A stretch of DNA of 64,000 nucleotides from Arcobacteraceae bacterium (GTDB lineage: Bacteria > Campylobacterota > Campylobacteria > Campylobacterales > Arcobacteraceae). This document shows, in pieces, positions 56,315-64,000 of the stretch; the stretch's first letter is position 1, and every line of letters starts with the position of its first letter. The notes beneath the pieces were generated by a model. The model did not search any database, was not told where the DNA came from, and saw only the letters and a list, made by a program, of their open reading frames with translations. The stretch lies in the NCBI GenBank assembly GCA_965224485.1, contig CBDCZH010000015.1, forward strand, positions 224,001 to 288,000, read 5' to 3'. The translations under genes and the position numbers were made by a program.

Positions 56315-56822
56315 TATTTTATTTTTAGCTCTAAGCTTTTTTGCAATAAGTGGTGCTATTGCAATGTTAACGTATAAAGACCCAATACATTCAGCCCTAG
56401 GATTATTAATTTCAATCTTATCAGTTGCTGGATTATTTGCACTATTAAGCGCAACATTTTTATTTGTAGTTCAAATTATTGTTTACGCAGGTGCAATAAT
56501 GACATTATTACTTTTTTTACTTATGTTTTTAAACGTAAGCGAAGAAGATATGCCACATGAACCAAATAAGAATAAGTATTTAATTTTAGGAGCAATTGTA
56601 ATGATTCCTCTTAATGTACTTATTTTAAAAGCAGTTTCAAACCTACCTTCAAAAGATATGAGTGTAGTTGATTCTGAATTTGGTGGAATAAAAGCAATTG
56701 GTATGCTTTTATACCAAAATTGGCTTTTAGCTTTTGAGTTAATATCAATTTTATTATTAGTTGCCTTAATAGGTGCCGTTGTACTTGCAAAAAGAAAAAA
56801 AACTAGAGGAGCTAAAGTATGA
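56307..56822 (+). CDS. nuoJ: NADH-quinone oxidoreductase subunit J
   Basis: QIIVYAGAI, FELISILLL. Confidence 0.95.
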   Translation: MADILFLALSFFAISGAIAMLTYKDPIHSALGLLISILSVAGLFALLSATFLFVVQIIVYAGAIMTLLLFLLMFLNVSEEDMPHEPNKNKYLILGAIVMIPLNVLILKAVSNLPSKDMSVVDSEFGGIKAIGMLLYQNWLLAFELISILLLVALIGAVVLAKRKKTRGAKV

Positions 56823-57130
56823 TTTCATTAACAGCATATGCTTTTGTTTCAATGATGCTATTCTCACTAGGAGCAATAGGTGTTGTAGCAAGAAGAAATA
56901 TCTTTGTAATTTATATGTCAATTGAGTTAATGTTAAACGGAATTAACTTATTTTTAGTAACATTTGCAAGATACCATTTTAGTATGGATCCACAAATTAT
57001 TACAATTATGGTAATTGCTATTGCTGCTGCTGAAGCTGCAATCTTTTTATCTGTTATCATTTTATTATTCAGATCAAAAAAATCTTTAGATACAAATATC
57101 TTTACTGCACTTAAACAAGGGGGTGAATAA
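56819..57130 (+). CDS. nuoK: NADH-quinone oxidoreductase subunit K
   Basis: SIELMLN, AAAEAA. Confidence 0.96.
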   Translation: MISLTAYAFVSMMLFSLGAIGVVARRNIFVIYMSIELMLNGINLFLVTFARYHFSMDPQIITIMVIAIAAAEAAIFLSVIILLFRSKKSLDTNIFTALKQGGE

Positions 57131-59019
57131 TGCATACTAATTTACTAGTTTGGATTATTTTAGCTCCACTTTTTGGTGCTATTTTAAATGCAGGTTTCTA
57201 TTTTTACCATATTAAAGTAAAAAAAGTACCTCAAAAATTATTTTCACTAATTGGAACACTAACACCAATTATTGCTTTTATTTTTACTCTTCTTGTCTTT
57301 TTAAATATATTAGATAATAATATAGTTTATCATCAAGAACTATTTACTTGGTTAAGAGTTGATGATTTATTAGTAAAAATGAGACTATTAGGTGATAATT
57401 TATCAATTTTCATGGCTATGTTTGTAACTTTTGTAGGTTCATTAATTCATATTTATGCTATTGGTTATATGGATAAAGATGAAGGTTTTGGTAAGTTTTT
57501 TGCTTACTTTAACTTATTCTTAGCATCTATGCTTATTTTAGTACTTGCTGATAATCCAATTATACTATTTATTGGTTGGGAAGGCGTTGGTGTTTGTTCT
57601 TATTTACTAATTAAGTTTTATTATAATGATGAGCAAAATGTATTAGCTGGAAATAAAGCTTTTATTGTAAATAGAGTTGGTGATTTTGGTTTTATTTTAG
57701 GAGTAATCACACTATTCTTTGCTATTGGTCAAGGAGATTTATCTTTTTCTGCTCTTGAATCAAATATAGGAAATGTTTCAAATGATTTATTGATTTTATC
57801 AGGTGTTCTTCTTTTTGTAGGAGCAATGGGGAAATCAGCTCAAATTCCTTTATTTACTTGGCTTCCAGATGCAATGGCAGGACCTACTCCAATTTCAGCT
57901 CTAATTCACGCAGCTACAATGGTAACTGCTGGTATTTATATGGTTGCAAGATTTCACTTTTTATATGAAGGTATTGAGGGTGTTGGTTTATATATTGCTT
58001 ATGTTGGTGCTTTTTCTGCTTTATTTGCAGCAATAATTGCAACCAAACAACAAGATATTAAAAAAATTCTTGCTTATTCAACTATGAGTCAATTAGGTTA
58101 TATGTTCATAGCCGTTGGTCTTGGTTTTTATTCATCTGGTCTTTTTCATGTTTTTACTCATGCTTTCTTTAAAGCTATGTTATTTATGGGTGCAGGGGGA
58201 ATGATTCTTTCTTTACATCATGAACAAAATATTTTTAAAATGGCTCAAAACAGAGTGCAAACACCAATTATTGGTTTTTGTATGTTAGTTGGAGTTATTG
58301 CGATTTCAGGAATTCCTCCTTTTTCAGGATTCTTTTCAAAAGATGCTATTTTAGCAGCAGCATTTCAAGAAGGTGAGTATTTACTTTGGGCTATTGGAAT
58401 GTTTACAGCATTTTTAACTGCTTTTTATATGTTTAGAATGTATTTTATTTTATTCATATCGCCTAATAAAAAAATTGGTAAAGAGTATGTTTATACAAGT
58501 AAAACAATAACTCTTCCTTTACTAATTCTAAGTATTGGAGCAATTGGGGCAGGATTTTTAAATTTACCAGCTATTTTAGGTGGTGAGCATTTTATTGATT
58601 CTTGGTTAACTCAGTTAAATTCAAAAGTATTACATATGTCTCACTCAACTGAGTGGATATTAATGGTTCTATCAGTTGGGGTTGCTGCTGCTGGAATTTA
58701 TGTTGCATATAAAAAGTATGCAAGATATGATGTATTTAATCCTGAAAGTGAAGATGGTTTAATTGGAAATAAATTTTATGTTGATGAGTTTTATGACAAA
58801 TTATTTATTCAAAGTTCAAAAAGATTATCAGTTTTTATTGATAAAGTGATAGATGAAAAAATTATTGATGGAACAATTATGAATACGTGCGCAGGATTTA
58901 TTAATGTTGGTAAAAAAATTGCCACATTGCAAAATGCAAATGTAAGATTTTATGCAAGTTTCATGCTAGTAGGTATGACTTGTATCTTTATATATTTATT
59001 TTTTAAGTTAGGATTATAA
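57130..59019 (+). CDS. nuoL: NADH-quinone oxidoreductase subunit L
   Basis: KSAQIPLFTWLPDAMAGPTP. Confidence 0.97.
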   Translation: MHTNLLVWIILAPLFGAILNAGFYFYHIKVKKVPQKLFSLIGTLTPIIAFIFTLLVFLNILDNNIVYHQELFTWLRVDDLLVKMRLLGDNLSIFMAMFVTFVGSLIHIYAIGYMDKDEGFGKFFAYFNLFLASMLILVLADNPIILFIGWEGVGVCSYLLIKFYYNDEQNVLAGNKAFIVNRVGDFGFILGVITLFFAIGQGDLSFSALESNIGNVSNDLLILSGVLLFVGAMGKSAQIPLFTWLPDAMAGPTPISALIHAATMVTAGIYMVARFHFLYEGIEGVGLYIAYVGAFSALFAAIIATKQQDIKKILAYSTMSQLGYMFIAVGLGFYSSGLFHVFTHAFFKAMLFMGAGGMILSLHHEQNIFKMAQNRVQTPIIGFCMLVGVIAISGIPPFSGFFSKDAILAAAFQEGEYLLWAIGMFTAFLTAFYMFRMYFILFISPNKKIGKEYVYTSKTITLPLLILSIGAIGAGFLNLPAILGGEHFIDSWLTQLNSKVLHMSHSTEWILMVLSVGVAAAGIYVAYKKYARYDVFNPESEDGLIGNKFYVDEFYDKLFIQSSKRLSVFIDKVIDEKIIDGTIMNTCAGFINVGKKIATLQNANVRFYASFMLVGMTCIFIYLFFKLGL

Positions 59020-59020
59020 G

Positions 59021-60505
59021 ATGAGTGCAGATTTACTAACGTTTATAATATTTTTACCTGCTCTTGCAGCATTTGGACTAATGATTACAACAAAAAATGT
59101 TGAGGCTGTTAGAAATATAGCTTTTTTAACAACAGTAATTACTTTAGTTCTTGTATTAAAAATTTATTTAGACTTCGAACCAGAAGCAAGAATGCAATTT
59201 GTTACAAATACACCTTGGATTACTCAATATGGTATAAATTATTATATTGGTGTTGATGGTTTTTCATTAACTATTTTAATGATGATTGCTATTTTAATTC
59301 CTACAGCATATTTAATGTTATGGGAAGGTAGAACAAAAGGTTATTGGATTAATATGTTATTAGTTCAAACAGGAGTAACTGGTGCCTTATTATCTTTGGA
59401 TATTATACTGTTTTACTTCTTCTGGGAAATGATGCTATTACCTGTATTTTTAATGATTGGTATTAATGGTTTTGGAAACAAAGTATTTACAACTTTAAAA
59501 GTTACCTTTTACACTATGGGTGGTTCTTTATTAATGTTTGTAGCTATTATGTATTTAGGAGTATCTTTCTTTAATGAATTTGGGTACTGGTCATTTCAAT
59601 ATAATGATTTTACTAAATTAACAACACTAAGCTCAAAAGAAGAAATTTGGTTATTTTTTGCTTTTGTAATTGCTTTTGGTATCAAAATTCCACTTTTCCC
59701 TTTACATACTTGGATCATGGATACATACAAAAATGCACCTACTGGGGCTGTGTTTTTACTATCTTCTATTATGGCAAAATTAGGAATTTATGCAATTGTT
59801 AGATTTATGATTCCAATTTTTCCAGATGTTTATGTTGAGTTCTCAATGTATTTTGTAGGAATTGGTTTATTTGGTTTAGTTTATTTTGGAATTGCAGCTT
59901 TAATGCAAGATGATATAAAAAGAATGTTTGCTTACTCTTCAGCTTCTCATTTATCTTTTATATCAGCTGGAATATTTTCGTTAAATGAATATGGAATAAA
60001 TGGTGCAATGTTTTTAATAATTGCTCATGCGATTGCAACAGGTGGACTGTTTTTACTTGTAGGATTAATTCATGATGAAACTGGTTTTAAAACTATTAAA
60101 GACTTAGGTGGACTTGCTAAAAGTGCTCCTATTTTAACTTTTATGTTTGCCATAATGTTATTTGCAAATATAGGACTTCCAGGAACTAATGGATTTGTAT
60201 CTGAGTTATTAGTAATTTTTGGTATTTATGAGTTTAATCATACCTTAGGTTATATTTCTGCTTTTACAGTAATAATCGGAGCTTCATATATGTTATGGAT
60301 GTTCCAGAGAGCTTTATTACAAGATAGAGCAGATGGTATTGTAATTAAAATGAGAGATTTAAAAGTAAAAGAGATTATTGGACTTACTCCATGGGTTATT
60401 TTAATCTTTTTAATGGGAATAGCTCCTGATATTTTTATTGACAAATTTGAACCAACAGTAACATATTATTTACATGACATATTAAAAATTGGAGCGATGA
60501 AATAA
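59021..60505 (+). CDS. nuoM: NADH-quinone oxidoreductase subunit M
   Basis: [21 protein letters not shown]. Confidence 0.96.
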   Translation: MSADLLTFIIFLPALAAFGLMITTKNVEAVRNIAFLTTVITLVLVLKIYLDFEPEARMQFVTNTPWITQYGINYYIGVDGFSLTILMMIAILIPTAYLMLWEGRTKGYWINMLLVQTGVTGALLSLDIILFYFFWEMMLLPVFLMIGINGFGNKVFTTLKVTFYTMGGSLLMFVAIMYLGVSFFNEFGYWSFQYNDFTKLTTLSSKEEIWLFFAFVIAFGIKIPLFPLHTWIMDTYKNAPTGAVFLLSSIMAKLGIYAIVRFMIPIFPDVYVEFSMYFVGIGLFGLVYFGIAALMQDDIKRMFAYSSASHLSFISAGIFSLNEYGINGAMFLIIAHAIATGGLFLLVGLIHDETGFKTIKDLGGLAKSAPILTFMFAIMLFANIGLPGTNGFVSELLVIFGIYEFNHTLGYISAFTVIIGASYMLWMFQRALLQDRADGIVIKMRDLKVKEIIGLTPWVILIFLMGIAPDIFIDKFEPTVTYYLHDILKIGAMK

Positions 60506-62007
60506 TGAGCGAATTTATATATTTAATACCTGCAATTACAGTATTAATTGCAGCCCTTGTACTAATGTTTATGTCTATGTATGATCATTTTAAAATAAAA
60601 TCTTTTATAATTGTTTCATCACTATTTCTAATCATTGCACTTGGTTTTTCTTTTGTAGATTTTGGTGAGTTATTTTCAGCAAAACCATATAATGACATTT
60701 TTAATAATGTAATCATTTTTGATACTTATTCAAACTTTTTTAATGTTTTAGTAATTACAGGAACTCTTCTTACAGTTTTAATAGGTGAGCATTATTACCA
60801 ATCTAAGTCATACTTTAAAGGAGAGTTCTTCTCTGTTTTAATGTTTGCTTTATTTGGAATGATGTTATTAGCTCACGCAAATGAATTAATTACGGCTTAC
60901 GTAGCTTTAGAAATTGCATCATTTTCTGTTTATATTATGGTTGGGTTTAATACAGAAGATAATAAAAGAGTTGAAGCTATTTTTAAATACCTTGTTTTAG
61001 GTTCATTTATTGGGGCGTTTTTCTTATTAGGAACGGTTTTAATTTATGGATTAACAGGAACAACAAATTTAAGTGAAATTGGTAATTACATTAGTGCAAA
61101 TCAAGGAAATGATTTATCACTTATTTATATAGGAATTACCCTAGTTTTATTTACTTTTCTTTTCAAAATTGCAGCCTTTCCTTTCCAATCATGGGTTTTA
61201 GATGTTTATAGAGGTGCACCAATGGTAATCACTGCTTATATGGCATCAACATTTAAAATTGCTATTTTTTCATTTTTTCTAAGAGCATTTTTACAAGACT
61301 TTGCTTTAATTATGGATTTTTGGGATCCTATTTTATATGTTCTAATTATTTTCACTCTTGCTTATGGAACATGGTTAGCAATAAATCAAACTATTATAAA
61401 AAGAATGCTTGCAGCTTCATCAATTGTTCATGCAGGATATTTATTATTAGCATTTATATCAATTGGTCAAAATATAGCATCAGCTTATGCCACAATGTTT
61501 TACTTAATTGCATATTTACTTTCAGCAATTGGAGCATTTGGTCTAATTTCTCATATTATTTCAGAAACAAAAGTAAGAGTTACTTATGATGATTTTAAAG
61601 GTCTTGCACAAGAAAGACCTTTTTTAGCAGCATCAATGACAATTTTTCTATTCTCACTTGCTGGAATTCCTTCAACAATTGGATTTATTGGTAAGTTTTA
61701 CGTTTTTACAGAAGCTATTAATGCAGGATATATATCTTTAGCTATTGTTGCAATTTTTGCAACAATAGTATCTGTTTATTATTATTTTAAATTAATTGCT
61801 GTTATGTATTTCTATCCACCAAAAGAAGAATGTACCTCTGAAACATTTGATGATAGTAGAATTTCAACTTATGTTGTAATGTTTGTAGCTGCTTTAGTTT
61901 TATGGGGTGGTATTGGTTCTGCTATTGTTTTCTTTATTCCAATTCCAAGTATTGATACATTAATTGATATTTCTAAACTTGCAGTTGAGTCACTGTTTCT
62001 AAAGTAA
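60505..62007 (+). CDS. nuoN: NADH-quinone oxidoreductase subunit N
   Basis: [26 protein letters not shown]. Confidence 0.96.
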   Translation: MSEFIYLIPAITVLIAALVLMFMSMYDHFKIKSFIIVSSLFLIIALGFSFVDFGELFSAKPYNDIFNNVIIFDTYSNFFNVLVITGTLLTVLIGEHYYQSKSYFKGEFFSVLMFALFGMMLLAHANELITAYVALEIASFSVYIMVGFNTEDNKRVEAIFKYLVLGSFIGAFFLLGTVLIYGLTGTTNLSEIGNYISANQGNDLSLIYIGITLVLFTFLFKIAAFPFQSWVLDVYRGAPMVITAYMASTFKIAIFSFFLRAFLQDFALIMDFWDPILYVLIIFTLAYGTWLAINQTIIKRMLAASSIVHAGYLLLAFISIGQNIASAYATMFYLIAYLLSAIGAFGLISHIISETKVRVTYDDFKGLAQERPFLAASMTIFLFSLAGIPSTIGFIGKFYVFTEAINAGYISLAIVAIFATIVSVYYYFKLIAVMYFYPPKEECTSETFDDSRISTYVVMFVAALVLWGGIGSAIVFFIPIPSIDTLIDISKLAVESLFLK

Positions 62008-62016
62008 ACACTTTAT

Positions 62017-62054
62017 AAAATTCTCTTAGATAATTTTTTATCTAAGAGAATTTT
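62017..62054 (+). terminator. nuo operon terminator
   Basis: AAAATTCTCTTAGATAA-TTTT-TTATCTAAGAGAATTTT. Confidence 0.75.
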
Positions 62055-62145
62055 AATTTAACTTTTTCAAGCCCTCATTTTGGGGCTTCTATCTTTTTTT
62101 AGTACAATTTTAGTACATTAATTACCCTATTTTTCTAGTATTTCT

Positions 62146-62177
62146 TTGATTTAAATCAAGCTGTATTTTGCTATACT
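62146..62177 (+). promoter_or_regulatory. perfect FNR/Crp-type box plus extended -10 upstream of frdC
   Basis: TTGAT-TTAA-ATCAA (62146-62159), then TGcTATACT (62169-62177). Confidence 0.7.
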
Positions 62178-62264
62178 ATTGCTATTAAATATTAATTTTC
62201 AAAAAAAATAAATACTTTTTTTATTTATTATTTTTGCAAATCAATTAAAAAGAAAGGATGTCAT

Positions 62265-63050
62265 ATGAGTGACCTAATTGAAGGTTATTTAGGTAAAACT
62301 GTGGAGGGGAAAAAGAGTAGAATGCCAGCAAAACTTGATTATTTACAAAGTGCTACTGGTTTAATTCTTGGTCTTTTTATGTGGGGACATATGTTGTTTG
62401 TTTCAACAATTTTAATAAGCAAAGAGTTCATGTATAAAATCACAAAACTATTTGAAGCTGATTTTATTTTTGATGGAGGAGAACCATTAATAGTATCAGG
62501 AATTGCTTTTATTATTTTTGTTATTTTTATTGCACATGCAGGAATGGGAATGAGAAAACTACCTGCTAATTATAAGCAATATCAAGTTATGAAAGCACAT
62601 GCTAATTATATGAATCATGAAGATACTAAGTTATGGTTTATTCAGGCATTTACTGGTTTTGCAATGTTTTTCTTAGGTTCAATTCATATATTTATTATTA
62701 TGACAAATTCAGATGCAATTGGTCCTTATGCAAGTGCAGATAGAGTTTGGTCGCAATGGATGTGGCCTTTATATATTTTACTTTTATTAGCAGTTGAATT
62801 TCATGGAACAATTGGTTTATATCGACTCTGTGTTAAGTGGGGTTGGTTCGATGGAAAGGACCCCAAAGCGTCAAGAATTAGATTGAAAAAAATCAAAAAA
62901 GCATTAACATGGTTTTTCCTTATTTTAGGATTTACTACACTAGCTGCTTATATGAAAATTGGTATGGATCATGCTGATAAACAAGGTGAAAGATACCAAC
63001 CTACTGCACAAGTAATTGAGTATCAAATCACTGCTAAAAGGATAGTATAA
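62265..63050 (+). CDS. frdC: fumarate reductase cytochrome b subunit
   Basis: [22 protein letters not shown]; dihaem type; precedes flavoprotein. Confidence 0.93.
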   Translation: MSDLIEGYLGKTVEGKKSRMPAKLDYLQSATGLILGLFMWGHMLFVSTILISKEFMYKITKLFEADFIFDGGEPLIVSGIAFIIFVIFIAHAGMGMRKLPANYKQYQVMKAHANYMNHEDTKLWFIQAFTGFAMFFLGSIHIFIIMTNSDAIGPYASADRVWSQWMWPLYILLLLAVEFHGTIGLYRLCVKWGWFDGKDPKASRIRLKKIKKALTWFFLILGFTTLAAYMKIGMDHADKQGERYQPTAQVIEYQITAKRIV

Positions 63051-64000
63051 TGAAAATTACTTACTGTGATGCACTAGTAATTGGTGGAGGACTTGCAGGT
63101 CTTAGAGCCTCTCTTGCTACACAAAAAAAAGGTTTAAATACTATTGTTTTATCATTAGTTCCTGTTAAAAGATCTCATAGTGCTGCTGCTCAAGGTGGTA
63201 TGCAAGCTTCTTTAGGTAATGCTAAAATGGCTGATGGAGATAATGAAGATTTACACTTTTCTGATACAGTTAAAGGAAGTGACTGGGGCTGTGATCAAGA
63301 AGTTGCAAGAATGTTTGTACACACTGCACCTAAAGCTATTAGAGAATTAGCTGCTTGGGGAGTTCCTTGGAGTAGAGTTAAGCAAGGTGATAGAGAAGCT
63401 GTTATTAATGCTAAAAAAACAACTATTACTGAAAATGAAGATAGACATGGATTAATTACATCAAGAGATTTTGGTGGAACTAAAAAATGGAGAACTTGTT
63501 ATACAGCAGATGCAACAGGACATACTATGTTATTTGGTGTTGCAAATGAAGCTTTAAGACATGAAGTAGATATTAGAGATAGAAAAGAAGCTTTAAGTTT
63601 AATTCACGAAAATAACCGTTGTTATGGTGCAATTGTTAGAGATTTAATTACAGGTGAATTAGAAGCTTATGTTGCAAAAGGAACATGTATATCAACAGGT
63701 GGATATGGAAGACTATTTAAGCAAACAACAAATGCTGTTATTTGTGAAGGTACGGGAGCTTCTATTGCACTTGAAACGGGAATTGCAACTTTAGGAAATA
63801 TGGAAGCTGTTCAATTTCACCCAACTCCAATAGTTCCTTCTGGTATTTTATTAACAGAGGGTTGTCGTGGTGATGGTGGAATTCTAAGAGATGTAGATGG
63901 TCATAGATTTATGCCTGATTATGAGCCTGAGAAAAAAGAACTAGCTTCAAGAGATGTTGTTTCAAGAAGAATGATTGAACATATCAGAAATGGTAAAGGT
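63050..64000 (+). CDS. frdA: fumarate reductase flavoprotein subunit, 5' part (runs off window)
   Basis: [54 protein letters not shown]. Confidence 0.96.
   Translation, partial: MKITYCDALVIGGGLAGLRASLATQKKGLNTIVLSLVPVKRSHSAAAQGGMQASLGNAKMADGDNEDLHFSDTVKGSDWGCDQEVARMFVHTAPKAIRELAAWGVPWSRVKQGDREAVINAKKTTITENEDRHGLITSRDFGGTKKWRTCYTADATGHTMLFGVANEALRHEVDIRDRKEALSLIHENNRCYGAIVRDLITGELEAYVAKGTCISTGGYGRLFKQTTNAVICEGTGASIALETGIATLGNMEAVQFHPTPIVPSGILLTEGCRGDGGILRDVDGHRFMPDYEPEKKELASRDVVSRRMIEHIRNGKG

Overview
AT-rich chromosomal window from a Campylobacterota bacterium. Gene content and order point to Arcobacteraceae (inferred, not searched). Most of it is core genome: the rplA-rplK-nusG-secE-tRNA-rpmG-tuf-tRNA cluster, cell-wall genes (murD, mraY, murG, ftsW, two PBPs, uppP), glnA, moaDE, mqnA, a full 16S-23S-5S operon with no spacer tRNAs, an Fe3+ ABC transporter behind a Fur-like box, a NuoEF-containing nuo operon with gltA embedded in it, and the start of frdCA. 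The accessory island at ~36.9-46.1 kb is the most interesting part. It contains three nested elements: a ~590-bp non-coding inverted-repeat element, an IS110 element inserted into it, and an IS30 inserted into the IS110 recombinase gene. The IS110 bridge RNA can be read directly: four guide segments match the element's own junctions around a CT core. The nest lies within a decaying array of attC-like gene cassettes (cupin, RelBE-like TA, HEPN, TerB_N, hydrolase). No integrase is present in the window, and a duplicated TGACA-motif promoter precedes each half of the array. Three genes are split by +1 homopolymer insertions that may be sequencing errors.
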